The notes beneath the pieces were generated by a model. That model saw only the letters and a program-made list of their open reading frames with translations. It was not told the DNA's origin and did not search any database. The position numbers were made by a program, and so were the translations under genes. From Pelagomonas calceolata (taxonomy: Eukaryota): a stretch of DNA of 64,000 bases. Within the stretch, counting starts at the first letter, position 1; each line of letters starts with the position of its first letter. Below are positions 9,472 to 21,414 of this stretch, one piece after another. The DNA lies in the NCBI GenBank assembly GCA_918797485.1, contig CAKKNE010000002.1, positions 1,550,001 through 1,614,000 on the forward strand, written 5' to 3'.

Positions 9472-12400
9472 CTACACGCGGAGCCCCGCGATAAACTCGG
9501 CGTCGCGGATTCCTCCGAGGATGGCGCGCGCCGCGTCCGAGTCAGAGGGAATCGCCATGTCGTCGAGGTCCGACTCGTTGAGCGACGGCAGCACCTCGTC
9601 ATCGACGTTCTGTGACAGGAACTTCGTGAATAAGTGCGGGCGTTCGAGCTGCGAGAGGAAGCGTGCGACGAGGGCGTAGCCCGCAGGCGCGCCGCCGACG
9701 AGCGCAATCGCCGCGTCGTCGCGTGTCGCGGCGGCAGGCGCGGCGGCAGCGGGCGGCGGCAGCGGCCGCGCGACACCTAACGCGGCGTACGCACGCGCCA
9801 CCTCCTCGTCGATGGCCAAACGTCGTCTCTCCGCGTCGGCCTCTACGGCCTGTAGCGACGCGGCCACCACCGCGTCGTCGATGACCTCGTCCGGCTCGTC
9901 AGCGACCGCCGGTGCCGAGGCCTCGCGCGCACTCAGCGCCAGAACGGCGCGCAGCTGCTCCTCGTCGTCGCCGTGGCGGCAGCTCTCCGCGCGACTAGCC
10001 GCGAGGGCTCGCTCGAGCTCGTCGTCCTTCGCCGAGGTCTCGGCCAGCGAGGCGGCCAGCGCGCGCTCGAGATCGACATCTTCCGTAGAAAAGACGACGC
10101 CCGCGTGCCGGTCCTCCACGGCCCTCGCCGCGTACGTGAGCGCTCCGCCGCCGATGGTCCAAGCCATGGGCCCGGGCTGCAGCATCGCGAGCGGCGCAGC
10201 CTCGTCGTCCTCGTCGTCGCTATAGTCGGTATCCGAGTCGCCGCCCTTCCTCTCTTCGTGACCATAAATGTCGCGCGCGGACAGGGCCGTCGCGCGCGCC
10301 AGATCCTCCGCCTCCCGCTGGCGCGCGACCGCGTCCGCGAGCTTCACTTCGGCCTCATCCCGCGCCTCCATGGTCGCCACGATCAGCTCCGCGCTTCTCC
10401 GCTCGGCCGCCTCCGCAGCCGCGTCTTCGTCCGCGCGCGCCTTACTTTCATCCAATGCGCGCTGCAGGGCCGCGGCCTCCTCCGCGGCGGCGGCATCTCC
10501 CGCCTCGGCGCTCACGTCGTCGACCGCGCGCCGCTCGTCGATCTCGGGCGCCGGCGCGCGGTCGGCAGCGCCCGTCGCGCGGTCGGAGGCGCCCGGTTCC
10601 GGCAGCACCGACACGGCCGGGAGCGCCGCCGCCTCCGACAGGAGCACGTCCGGTAATGATGGAGCCGGCGCGCCCGGCTCGCGCAGGATGCGGATGTGCC
10701 GCTCCGGCGACCGGTCGTAGGACCGCGTGCCCACGCCGTAGACCTCGCAGACGGCGTGCGCCTTGCGGCGCTCGGCGCGCCGCATCGGCCGGAGGCTGTG
10801 GGCCGTCCTCCTTGAATCGGCCACGAACGCGCCGAGCTCCTTTTCTAATCTCTTCACGCGCCGCGGGTCCTTGCGCGCCCACGTCAGGAGCTCGTCGGAC
10901 CAGAGCTGCGCCGCGGCGTGCTTGAGACCGCCCGCGAAGACGTCGACCTTGCGCTTCGCCGCGGCGAGGTCGTCGAGGACGCGGCCCTCGCGCTCGGGGC
11001 TTCTCGAGGTCTCCGGCTGCGGCACACTCGTGCATTTCGAGTACTCTTTCACGGCCTTGAGCTGCTTTTCCACCGCGGCGCTCGCCGCGCGCCGCGAGGC
11101 CTCGTCCCGCACCGCCAGCTGCTTCATGCGCTTCTCGACGGTGTCTTCCGTCACCTGGAGCTGGTGCCAGATCCCCGCCAGTACCAAGTTCTTGCCCGTT
11201 CCTATCTTCATCCACGGCGGGACCTTGCCGGTCGCCGCCCAGGCCGGGCAGACGAGGCCCCTCCTCAAGGGATTCTTCGCCTTGGCAAGGTCCCGCCCCA
11301 GAGCCTCGAGTTCGCCGGTCGCGCGCAAGTCCAACGCCCGCGCGGCCACGCTGCCCATCGCCACCGCCTCCTTCGAGGCGGCGCCGTAGTGGTCGGCCAG
11401 GACCTTCCACGCAAAGGCGGACTCGGCAACGATCGGCCCGGCCTCCAAAATGAGCCGCAGCGACGAGATTGGGCCGTGCAAGTCCGACGACCGCGCCTCC
11501 GTGGCCCGAGGCGAGAACGCGACCTCTGCCACGCGCGCCGCATTTGCCGCGGCCGCGGCCTGCAGCGCGTCGTCGCCCCGGTCGTCGCGCGCCGCGTACG
11601 TCGCCGGCTCGACCGGATTCACGCGCAAGACGATCTCCCTGGCCGTGCCTTCGGCCACAAGGCAATATATTTTGTCCCCGTCATAGTCTCCGCCGGCCAT
11701 CATGTCCGCGACGGGCCGCGGGCCCTCGGCGGAGAGGACCAAGAGGTTCCGCAAAGACCTACAATCCAGGCCGGCCGGCGGCGCGACCGCCGTTAATTTT
11801 CTGACGTCGCCGGGATGCGTGCACGGCGACCGCCAAACGAGGAGCTTGCCGCGATATTCTCCGCCGGCCACGAGACACTCGCCCTCCTTCAATCCAACCC
11901 ACCGGTCGCAGACGCAGAACGCGAGCCACAGGTGGTCGCACGGGATGCTCATCTTGTTTTTCGCTAACGTCAGCTGTGTGGAAATCAACCAGTGAGTCGG
12001 GTACATCGCGTCGATGGCGTGGAGGTCATGATTGAGCCGTGATGAAGACGCGTTGCGACAATTTGATTTCCACACAGAACGTCACCGCCGCCCTGATCGC
12101 TTTCAGCACGCTCGCTTCTTCGGGCTTGCCGTCGACGCCCAGCGGACCGCGCAGCCGCAAGTCGACGAGGTCCTCCTCGTCGTCGCCCTCGAGCTCGAGC
12201 GACTCGTCCACGACCTGCAGCGCCTTCAAGGCGGTAGAGAGGCGGGCGAGCTGCTCGCCGGTCGCGTCTCCGCTGTAGCCGCCGCCGCTGCCGTCCACGT
12301 CGACAGGCGTCCACATGAGCGTCTTTCTGATGAAGACGCGCAGCAATTCGTGCAGGAGGTGCGCCGCGTCGCCCAACAGGTGCTCCAAGCAGACGAGCAC

Positions 12401-14581
12401 CTGGAGGAACAGCATGTTCCCCTCCTTCTTGATGGACGCGAACTCCTTGACCTCGAGGCGCAGGTCGCCCGACGGCGCCTTGACCATGGACGGCGAGAGC
12501 AGCACGCGGCGCACCGTGGGCCCCATCCGGGGGTCGACGACCAGCATGCCCTTGCTTCCGCCGAACCTAACTTGCATGGCGCCACCGCCATCGCTTTCGT
12601 CGTGGCGCGCCCGCCGCGCGGCGTCGCGCGCCAGCGCCGGCGATATCAGGCCGCAGCCGTCGCTAAAGTTGTGGCCGTCGTGGTAGATGTCGGGCGCAAC
12701 CTCGACCTCGTGGCGCTTGAGGCGCGACGTCGGCAGCGTCGTGGAGAAACTGTTCCCGATGTACTTGCCCCTCTTCGCGTCCGGGACCCCTTCAAAATCG
12801 CCCAGCGACGCGATCAGGGCCGGCACCGAGCGGAACGCCGGATCGCTATCGTCGGGCAGCGGCGCCAGGAACGTCGCGACCGGTTTGGGCCCTTTGTCGT
12901 ATACGTAACAATAGACGCGGCCGCAGCAGCGAATCGGCGCCAGCTCGCCGTCGTCCGTCACGAGACGCTCGACGACGTCTACGTCCTTGAAGCCGAACTG
13001 TACATTGGCCCAACGATCCGAGTGTCTGAGGTTGCGGTGCGTCGCTCGCTTGTACTCCGACGCCAGCTTCAAGGACGTCGGCACGAGCCGGAGCTCGTGC
13101 GCCATCGGGTCGCGAGAGAAGGCCGCCCGGTAGTGCGGCACCGGCCAGCGCGCCGCGACGGAGGCGTCCACGCCGCCCGACCTGTGTGGACATCAACCAG
13201 TGAGTTAGGTTACTTGCGGAGACCTTCGTGAACCTCCACGCCATCGAGCAGACGCAGTGGGGCGTCCGAAATTTGATTTCCACACAGCGCCCGACAAGAG
13301 CTCGTGCTCCCTCCTCCCGACAGTCCGCTCCCAGTCCTTCCTAAACTTTTGGGCCTCGCGCAAGGCCTCGCGCACGGCGCGGCGGAAATCATTCAAGGCG
13401 TCGGCGTCCGTCTTGTTGCCGCGTCGTTGCGCGCAGAGCTCCGCGCGGAGCGTCCGCAGCGGCTCGGCGAGCTCGATCGCAGCTTTCTCCGCCTCGAGCC
13501 GCCCGCTTCCCTCGCGGTTCCACGCGCGCGCGAGGATCGCCACGACGTCCGTCTCGAAGGCGCGGAGCACGTTCTCCACCGCGACCGCGTTCGGCAGGGG
13601 CGTGTTCTCCGAGACCACCGCCTCCGTCTGGAAGGTGAACGGGAAGGGGAGCTCGGCCGCCGCCGCGCGCCGGAACGCGGCCAGCCGTTTCTTGCACGTG
13701 TCGTCGAGGATGCACGCCTCGAGCACGCGGACGCCGTGGGCACCAAGCAGCATCCGGTTCTGGTCCCGCCGGACGAATCGCTCCGCCGCAGCGGTAATCT
13801 TCGACTCCTCGAGTCCCTTCTGGTAGTCTTTGTCGTTCACGTCGTACTTGAGCTGCCTCCACTTCTTCATTTCGAGTTGCTGCTCTTCGGTCGGTTCGAT
13901 CGGGGGCGGCTGCCACACCTCGATCTCCTGCGCGGTCCGGCGCCCGGCGCCGCCGATTGCGAACGGCCGCGAGGTAATGCCCTGGCGCAGGCAGCGTCGG
14001 CAGTCGAACATCGTAACCTGCTGCTCGTTCGCCACTAGCCCGTCCGCGAACAAATGTGCTCCGTTGTCGAAGGGCTCGTCTAGACCCGACGCGGGCCGGC
14101 AATACCCGCAGCTGCTGCAGACGGCTATGGGGGCCGAGAAGACGCCGCTTTGTCGGCACTCCCAGACGGCCATCAAACACCCGTCGGCCCCAACCCAGGG
14201 CTTAATGGGAGGCTGTAACGCGCGCCGTAGCGCTAAAGGAGCCCGGACGTCGTCCACCACTTCAGGCGTCGGCTCGCCCTCGTCTCGCGCGTCCCGTAAC
14301 AATTCTTCCGTATCTACGTTGCGTGGATTCGTGCGGCGGAGCGCGGGGTGCCGCGACGCGGGCTGCGGCGGCCGCGGAGGCAGTGGTGCTGGCGTGTCGT
14401 TCGCGAAAGCACCTCCTGTCCGCTGAGGCGTCGTCCTCGCTTCGGCCTCTTGCCGGGCCGCCTCTTCCTTCGCCTTGACCGCCTCCTTTTTGAGGGCCTC
14501 CGCGTGACAGGCCTCGGCACGCCTTGCTGCGGCCTCGCGCTGAATCTGTGCGCGAAGCGCTTTTTGTCTTTGGCTGGGCAT
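9472..14581 (-). CDS. Cellular RNA-dependent RNA polymerase with N-terminal Cys cluster and C-terminal R3H, 3x UIM and SAM; exons 14581-13296, 13181-12086, 11973-9472 (~1627 aa)
   Basis: RdRP motifs SDGCGLIS, QVRFGGSKGML, RSPCTHPGDVR, MAGGDYDGD (11674-11688); R3H-like PMRRAERRKAHAVCEVYG; UIM-like DLERALAAS x2 and EQLRAVLALS; SAM-like terminus. Exon sum 4884 nt is divisible by 3. Confidence 0.9.
11974..12085 (-). mobile_element. Introner family A intron (112 nt)
   Basis: TIRs CTGTGTGGAAATCAA; TSD AACGTCAG/AACGTCAC; joins IRAA|LTLAK. Confidence 0.9.
13182..13295 (-). mobile_element. Introner family A intron (114 nt)
   Basis: Perfect 8-bp TSD CGCCCGAC; TIRs; joins EL-L|SGGVDAS. Confidence 0.92.
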
Positions 14582-14814
14582 TTTGCTTTAGTTGTCTGCG
14601 ACTCGGGCCACAACGTCTTGCGTAAAGCGACGCGTCCCCGCCGCTCCGAGCACTGGTGCAGAGTCCAGCTCTGCTACGGCAAAAAGCTCGCACGCAGCGA
14701 CGCAGTTACGCGGGGCTCAGTGCTGCAAATAATATATTGACTGCTCTATTATAAGATATGCTGCTGCCCGACAACTGCACAAAGCAGTCGAGTGCTCTCC
14801 GCCTGTGAGAGCTA

Positions 14815-14837
14815 GCTAGCGGTTGTAAGATACTAGC
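14815..14837. promoter_or_regulatory. Recurrent upstream quasi-palindrome (copy)
   Basis: GCTAGCGGTTGTAAGATACTAGC in the divergent RdRP/DUF1350 intergenic region. Confidence 0.5.
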
Positions 14838-14922
14838 AAAGCCATCGGAGACGTCCGAGCGCACAAGGTCAACGTGCAAGGCACCTGCTCGCTGGCAAAA
14901 GCTGGCATCGCTGCGAGCCCAC

Positions 14923-15873
14923 ATGATTCTCCTGCTGCGCATTTCTCTGCTGGCCTGCGTGGTGACTGGCTTAAGACCACCATGCAGCCACAGGCCGGCA
15001 CTCACACGCGTTGCCAGCTCCAGCACGGACATCGTCGCGAAAGCCATGGGCCCGAACGCCGACCGCGCGATCCAGCTGCTGCGCGAGGCGGCGGATGACT
15101 TGGAACCACGCGAGGCGTACGTCTTCGAGCCGGAGGGGCCGGTGGAGGGCGTCGCGCATTTCATCGGCGGCGCGGCGCTCGGCACGTTTCCCCAAGTGGC
15201 GTATAAGGCGCTGCTGACGCGCGTCGCGCAAAAGTGCGGCGTCGCGGTGGTGGCCACGCCCTTCGACCTCGGCCTCGACCACGACGCCGCCGCGCGGACG
15301 TGTAGGACGGCGTTCCGCGCCGAGGCCGCGCGGTGGCGCGGGCTCCCTCGCTACGGCATCGGCCACTCGCTCGGCGCCAAATTACTCCTCTTGATAGCGT
15401 GCGACGACGCCGACGCGTACGAGAAGCTGGTCCTGCTCGCACCGAACAACTCCGGCGTCGCGGACTCGGCCCGACTCCTCGAGAGGCTCGTCGACGCAGC
15501 GGGCGGCGGCGCTGGTGAGAAGCGGCCGGCCGAGGGCATCGACTGGGGCGGCGTCCTGGGAGCGGCCTTCTCCATGGCCGGTCTGGAAGTCACGCCGCCG
15601 CCGGCGGAGACGTTGGAGCGCGTCGCGCGACTCCGGAGACCCGCGAGAGGCGTTACGTTCGTGCGCTTCGAGGACGACGACGACCTCGACGCGGCCGCAT
15701 CTCTGGGCCCCGTCATGTCTGGCGCGTCGATCGACTGGCTGGATGGTGGACACCTCGCACCGGTCTTCGTCGAGGCCGGGGGCCTACGGCTCGGTGAGGA
15801 GAACCTCGTCGACGGCGTCGCGGACGCGATCGCTCGCGCGCTCGACGCGAGCGCGGTCGGGCTGCTGGAGTAA
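14923..15873 (+). CDS. DUF1350-type alpha/beta-hydrolase, probably plastid-targeted
   Basis: HFIGGAALGTFPQVAY, GIGHSLGAKL, RFEDDDD, GGHLAP; signal plus transit-like N-terminus. Confidence 0.8.
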   Translation: MILLLRISLLACVVTGLRPPCSHRPALTRVASSSTDIVAKAMGPNADRAIQLLREAADDLEPREAYVFEPEGPVEGVAHFIGGAALGTFPQVAYKALLTRVAQKCGVAVVATPFDLGLDHDAAARTCRTAFRAEAARWRGLPRYGIGHSLGAKLLLLIACDDADAYEKLVLLAPNNSGVADSARLLERLVDAAGGGAGEKRPAEGIDWGGVLGAAFSMAGLEVTPPPAETLERVARLRRPARGVTFVRFEDDDDLDAAASLGPVMSGASIDWLDGGHLAPVFVEAGGLRLGEENLVDGVADAIARALDASAVGLLE

Positions 15874-15884
15874 TTGTGTTGTTG

Positions 15885-16550
15885 TTACCTATCGTGGTCC
15901 TTAGGGTACATGACCCGCCGCTTCTTGAAGTCGAGGTGCGCCTCGGGAACATCATGAGGATAAAGTCGGTTGTTGAGCTGGTCGAAGACGGCGCCGCCGC
16001 CGTCGTCGTCGTGCTCGGCCTGCTTCCCCGTCCGCACCGACCGCGCCACGGTCACGGCCTTGCCCCCGAGCGCGCGGCCCGACCGCTCGAGCGCGCGCTC
16101 GACGGCGCCGACGCCGCCGAACGTCACGATCGCGCACCCGTTGAAGACGCCCCGGTCGCGCACTTTTTTAATCGATTGCAGCACGCCGCAGCCCCGCAGG
16201 AACTGCTGGAGCTCGCTGTCCTTGACCGTCAGCGGGAGACCCGACAAAAACACGGACGTCGGCCGCGCGGCGTCCTCAACCACTACCGTGCGTTTGCGCG
16301 GCGCCTCGTCGGCGGCGCGCGCCTCGGGGTCGTAGTCGGGCCGCATCGACGGGTAGAGCGCGGCCGCGGCGGCGTGCGCGTCTTCTTTAGGCGTGTCGTC
16401 GGCCGGCGCGGGCGGCGGCGGCGGCGGCGGCGGGCCGGGCGGCGGCGGCGGGATCGTTGGTTCCTGCGGCTTTTCTTTTGGCTGCTCTTGCGGCACCTCT
16501 TTGGGCTTCTTGTCCCGCGCCTTGCCCGTGGCTGGGATGCTGAAAAACAT
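15885..16550 (-). CDS. RRM RNA-binding protein with poly-Pro N-terminus
   Basis: RNP2-like SVFLSGLP, RNP1-like NGCAIVTF. Confidence 0.75.
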   Translation of the reverse strand: MFFSIPATGKARDKKPKEVPQEQPKEKPQEPTIPPPPPGPPPPPPPPAPADDTPKEDAHAAAAALYPSMRPDYDPEARAADEAPRKRTVVVEDAARPTSVFLSGLPLTVKDSELQQFLRGCGVLQSIKKVRDRGVFNGCAIVTFGGVGAVERALERSGRALGGKAVTVARSVRTGKQAEHDDDGGGAVFDQLNNRLYPHDVPEAHLDFKKRRVMYPKDHDR

Positions 16551-16881
16551 GGCTGCTGCCTGTCTCGATGTGTGGCAGCGCCGCGCCGCGTAAGCTGCAC
16601 TCGTGCGGTCTGCTTGCTGGATCACAGAAGATCAAATACGTCGAATTAGCTCAGCAGACTCACCGCTGAGGCCTTAAAAGCCGCGCAAAAGATGGGGTGA
16701 GCTAGCGATATACGTGCTAGCCTCAGTCTCATATTAATTTTTGCAGCACAGGTCGGCTAAACAGGCTCTTTCTTTCATTTCGGCATCAATCAAAGATACA
16801 TCTCTATGAATGCTTTGACGCGGTAAACAACTTCGGCTCCTTGGGCACCAATTAAGCACGCTGCACACTGCACACTGAAGC

Positions 16882-18099
16882 ATGCTAGGCACCCTGCAGC
16901 AGCGCCATAAAAGGCAGGACGTCGAGCAGCCGCCGCTGAGCCCGAAAAAAACGACAACAACGCCAGCGAACAAGGGCGCGAACGCGTTAGCATTACTAGC
17001 CCTCGTCTTCTTCGCGAGCGCCGCGCCCGTCGCGACGCAATTGGTAAGACGGCCCGACGGCTCGTACCCCTTTGAAGTGGTCGACGTCGTGCTCCGCGCC
17101 GAAATTTTGAAATTGTGCATCGCATCCACTTGCCTCGCGTACGAGCTCCGCGGTCTAGGAGAGACGGAGCGGCGCGAAAGGGCCCCAACGCCAACCACAA
17201 AAGGGCTGCTCCTGACGCTCGCGGTCGGCGCGGGCTACCAAGCCCTCAACATTTTGGGGGGCTTGGCCATGCGCGTCCTCGACGACCCGACGCTCTTCGC
17301 CGTTATTGTTCAATCAAAAGTCGTCTGGACGGGCGTGCTGGGCGTCTACGCCTTTGGTAGGCGGCTTTCGCCCGCGCGCGTCTTCTCCTTGGTACTGGTC
17401 GCTCTTGGTGCGTCCGTCTGCGCGGCGCCCAAACCTGTGTGGAAATCAAATTTCGGGCGCCCCACGCCATCGACGCGACGTGCCTCCGTAGCTGCGTCTC
17501 TCACTGCATGATTTCCACGCAGGCCCAAGCCGAACACTGATGTGGAGAAGGTGCGCACACGAATAACAGGCTGCCTCCTGGCCGGCGGCGCGGCGCTGCT
17601 GTCTGCTATATTAACCGTGGCCTGCGAGGCCGTGGTGAAGCGCGGCCGCGCGTCGCTGCACTGGCAGAACCTGCAGCTGTACGTTGTCGGCATCCTGGTG
17701 ACGGCGTCGACGCTGACGCGGCCACCATCATTGGTGATCTCCTACGCCATGGGCGCCCTGATCGTGCTCGAGGCCTGCAAGGGCCTCGCCATATCGTTGG
17801 TATTGAAGCGCACCGACGCCGTCGTGAAGACGCTCGCTACCACATTATCGATCCCGGGCGTCGCGGTCATGGAGCGCCTCGTCGTGCCGGGCGTCGCGCC
17901 GATGGCGCTGCCCATGCTATTGGGCGGCGGCGCCGTCGTGTTGGCGATCACGGCGTACCACGAGGGCCCCGACGGCCGCGACAAGCCGTTCCTCGCCGCG
18001 GCGCTCGGGCTGACGCTGTTCGGGGCCGCGACGCTTGTGGTCGACGCGGGGTGGCCGCGCCGCGAGCTCTTGGGTTCCGAGTCGCCGCCGCCGGACTAA
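16882..18099 (+). CDS. Nucleotide-sugar transporter (SLC35A-like); intron 17427-17522
   Basis: AEILKLCIA, QSKVVWTG, LHWQNLQLY, LAISLVLKRTDAVVKT; splicing joins the two ORFs in frame. Confidence 0.8.
17427..17522 (+). mobile_element. Introner family A intron (96 nt, GC-AG)
   Basis: TSD GCCCAAAC/GCCCAAGC; TIRs; joins CAA|PKPNT. Confidence 0.88.
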
Positions 18100-18259
18100 A
18101 TTTTGTTTTGAAATTGCTTTGCTTAGAGCTAGACCGCCTAGCCGCGGAGCCGACGGCGGCGGCGCCTCCCTGCGAAACTTGCTGCGAAATTAGCGCCCGA
18201 GGCTCTTACACAAAGGGGGCGCGCGCTCCCGCCGCCAACGCGGGGAGGGGCAGAATCGC

Positions 18260-19297
18260 TCAGAAGCCGCGCTCCGCCATGCACCGCGCCATGCTGCGCT
18301 CGAAGTCCTTCAGGCCCCTATCGGCCGGACGCGGCGCCCACTCCTCGCCCCACCTTCGGGAGCAGACGCAGGACGCCCCATAACTTTCCATGACGCGCTC
18401 CTCCTCGCAGTCGCGCGCGCGGACGACGAAGGGCCGCGCGTGGCGCCGGAAGCGCTTCGAGTCGACCTCGACCCAGTGCTCCCGCCTCTGGTGTCTCCGC
18501 TCGTCGCGCTTGTTCTGCTTCTTGCGCTCCCTCTTCTCGCGCTTCTTCTTGCGCCTCCGTCGCTGGACCGCGCGGCCCTCGCTCGTCACGGACTCGGCCT
18601 CCGACTCTTCTGAGGAGGACGACGCGTCCTCTGATAATTCAGACTCGGAGTCCGAGTCCGAGCCGGCCTCGTCCGACGCGCTATCGTCGTCGTACTTGTC
18701 GTGGCGGTGGCGGAACGTGCGGTAGTCGCGGGCCTTCGCCTTGCGCTCCCGGACGGGTTTCTCGCGCTTCTCCTTTTCGCGACGAGCCCGCTTCTCGCGG
18801 CGCTTCTTCAGTTTTCTATCTTTTTTCTCCTCGACGACCTCCTTCGGAACGGGAGGAGGCGGCTTGACGTAGCCCGACTCGCGGAAGGCCGTGCCAAAAC
18901 AGTAGTTCCCGGGCTGATAATGCGCGGCAAACGCGTCCGGTAATTCCGGTCCTTGATAATTGATGTGGGCCGGGTCGTCGAGCCGCGGGTAGTCCGGTTC
19001 GCGGTCCGTGCTCCCGATGACGTAGCCGCGGCGCCAGAGCGGCGGCTCAGTATCTTCGCAGAGCGGGCACTGGTTGTAGTTCTGATGCGGGGGTTCGATG
19101 ATCTCCTCCCTGCGCTCCTTGCGCTTGCGGCGCCGGCGTCTGTCATCATCGCTGTAGTCGCTGTAGTCGCTGCGGTCGTCGTCGCTGCGGTCGTCGTCGC
19201 GGCGGCGGCGCCGCTCCTTCTTCTTCTTGCGGAGGGGCCGCCGGTCGTCGCGGTCGTCTCTGTTCCTTGGATGGCGCTTGTAGCGGTCGGTACCCAT
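18260..19297 (-). CDS. Arg/Lys/Asp/Ser-rich low-complexity protein, probably nuclear
   Basis: 345-aa ORF with poly-basic and acidic tracts and a CxxC; no family recognised. Confidence 0.55.
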   Translation of the reverse strand: MGTDRYKRHPRNRDDRDDRRPLRKKKKERRRRRDDDRSDDDRSDYSDYSDDDRRRRRKRKERREEIIEPPHQNYNQCPLCEDTEPPLWRRGYVIGSTDREPDYPRLDDPAHINYQGPELPDAFAAHYQPGNYCFGTAFRESGYVKPPPPVPKEVVEEKKDRKLKKRREKRARREKEKREKPVRERKAKARDYRTFRHRHDKYDDDSASDEAGSDSDSESELSEDASSSSEESEAESVTSEGRAVQRRRRKKKREKRERKKQNKRDERRHQRREHWVEVDSKRFRRHARPFVVRARDCEEERVMESYGASCVCSRRWGEEWAPRPADRGLKDFERSMARCMAERGF

Positions 19298-19827
19298 GGT
19301 CCGTGGCGTCCCGGCCGCGCGTCGCGCGGCGTCGAGGGCGTGGCGGTCTGTTGAGGCTTTGCGCAGCGCGCGTATGCGGCGCGAGCGAAGGGCTGCCCCT
19401 CGTGGAGTGCCGGTGTCCGCTTTAGGCCTGCCTTACGTGCTGCGAGGCCGTGCTGCTGGCGCGTCGGCCGCGCGCGCAGGCTGATCTGCTCTCCGGCGTT
19501 GCAAGCACAGCGCCAGGCACACTGGAGAGGGGAAGTGCACTTCCCCCAAACGTCCGACGCGGCCCGTGGACTTATGTGCTTCCCTATAGGTGATACTGGG
19601 AATGGTCCAACTCTACTCTAGAGTCCTTAAGGCCTAGCCATATGCCATGCAAGCTTTTCAGCCACCTTGCTCCGAGCACGCGAAAGCGATCGCTGTAGCT
19701 GCCATTGCTGCTCACAACTCGTCACGCAAGGGCCTCGCGCCGAACTTGCCAGCGCTCTGTTTGCCAGAGCACTGGCATTGCACACGTTGAGATTGCTGCA
19801 CCACACAGCATTTGTCAGTTTTAGACG

Positions 19828-21282
19828 ATGACCGATGCGGAGGCAACGGGCTCGCGCCGCGAGCGCTGCGCGCTAGCTGCGGCTTTTTTGCTCTCGGAGA
19901 CGACGCAGGACGCGGCGGTCGCGGCGAGCGCTTTGGTGGCGCTCCAGTTGTTCGGAGGCTACGAGGAGTCGCTCTTCATCGTCATCGTCATGACGATGTT
20001 ATTAATTGGCATCCAGCTGTCGCACGTCGTCGGGCGCCGAGGCTGGACGCTGGTCCTCGGCGGCGCGGCGGTCTGCGGCGCGGCCGGGCTTGCGATGCTC
20101 GGTGCGGCGCTTTCATCAAACTTCGGGCCGCGGAACGCTGGGATGTTGGCGATCGCTGGCTCGGTTCTGCTCGGCGCCCACCGCGCGGCGCACATGCTTT
20201 ATAGGTTTGCAGCTTTAGAGATAGGTGGCGTCGCGTGCATGGGCGAGGTCTTCGCGGCGGCGACGTTGGGTGGTTTGCTCGGGCCGCAGTTACTGATAGA
20301 TCTTGGTTTGCAGAAGGGCCTAGTTTGGGCCGCCGTGGCGCAATTGGTCGCCGTGATACCGATCATGCTCGCGACGCGGGGCCGCGACGCCGCGACGGCG
20401 GCCGACCGCGCGACGGCGGAGGACTCCGGGCGCTCGATCACGGCCGCGCTCCGGAAACTGCGCGATGCGGCGCGCGGCGACGCGCTGCTGCGCCTCGCGC
20501 TCATCTGCGGCGTGACGTCGTGGGCGATCATGCTGCTGGTGACCGTGCCGGCCGCGGCCATCGCCGTGGCGTCCTTCAAGATGACCACTTGCGCGGCGAT
20601 CCGCGCGTTGCAGGTGCACATCTGTGTGGAAATCAAATTTCGGGCGCCCCACGCGTCTGCGCGATGGCGTGGCGATTCCACGCTATCGACGCGATGTTGT
20701 CCCCGTGACCGCGTCGACTCCATGGCGTGGAGGCTCGCGAAGGTCCACGGCCTAGCTCACTGGTTGATTTCCGCACAGGTTCACGATTTTCTGATGAACG
20801 CGCCGGGCCCGGCCACGGCCGCCGTCGTCGAGCGCTCCGGCCCGCGCGCGGCCATCGCCTTGGGGCTTTTGATCTACGTCGTGGTCGTGGGCGGCCTATG
20901 GGCCTGCGGGAGCGACGACGCGCTGTATCCTGTGGTGACGGCGGGTGGGCGCGGCGAGCGCTTAGTCCAGCAAGCCTTCTTTGGCCTCGTCGTGGTCTTG
21001 GCCCTAGGCTGGAATTTCATGTGGCTCGCGTCGACGTCGGCGTTGGATGCTGCCGCTCGCGCGGGCGGCGCGACGAGCTGCGGCGAGATAGCGCAGATCC
21101 GCACGGCGAACGAGTTCTGCATCTACTCTGCGTCGGTAGCGTTTCTCCTCGTGTCGATGGTCACGCGCGACCGCTACAAGGACGTCGTCCTCATCAGCGC
21201 GCCGTTCCTCGTGGCAGTGGCCGTGGCAACGGGCCAGGCCAAGTCGCAAGCCTATGGGGTCGTCGAGACGGAGCTCCCGTGA
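19828..21282 (+). CDS. MFS transporter; intron 20614-20778
   Basis: ~12 TMs, VVGRRG loop, YRFAALE, GGLLGP, LGWNF. Confidence 0.75.
   Translation: MTDAEATGSRRERCALAAAFLLSETTQDAAVAASALVALQLFGGYEESLFIVIVMTMLLIGIQLSHVVGRRGWTLVLGGAAVCGAAGLAMLGAALSSNFGPRNAGMLAIAGSVLLGAHRAAHMLYRFAALEIGGVACMGEVFAAATLGGLLGPQLLIDLGLQKGLVWAAVAQLVAVIPIMLATRGRDAATAADRATAEDSGRSITAALRKLRDAARGDALLRLALICGVTSWAIMLLVTVPAAAIAVASFKMTTCAAIRALQVHICVEIKFRAPHASARWRGDSTLSTRCCPRDRVDSMAWRLAKVHGLAHWLISAQVHDFLMNAPGPATAAVVERSGPRAAIALGLLIYVVVVGGLWACGSDDALYPVVTAGGRGERLVQQAFFGLVVVLALGWNFMWLASTSALDAAARAGGATSCGEIAQIRTANEFCIYSASVAFLLVSMVTRDRYKDVVLISAPFLVAVAVATGQAKSQAYGVVETELP
20614..20778 (+). mobile_element. Introner family A intron (165 nt)
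   Basis: TIRs CTGTGTGGAAATCAA/TTGATTTCCGCACAG; degenerate TSD GTGCACAT/GTTCACGA. Confidence 0.85.
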
Positions 21283-21414
21283 GCGTTGTGTGTGTGTCGC
21301 ACCGTGTGTAAGCTATCGAGAATTTATACACCTAACATAGCTAGAACTAGTGGGCGGCCCTGCCCGGCGGGGGGAGACACCGCGCGTTGCCGATTCATCG
21401 ACGGGCGCGTCAGC

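Noticed and set aside
9472..14581. RdRP as an integrated RNA-virus gene
   Set aside because: Motifs are those of the cellular double-psi-barrel family (DxDGD), not the viral GDD palm type; the gene has spliceosomal introns
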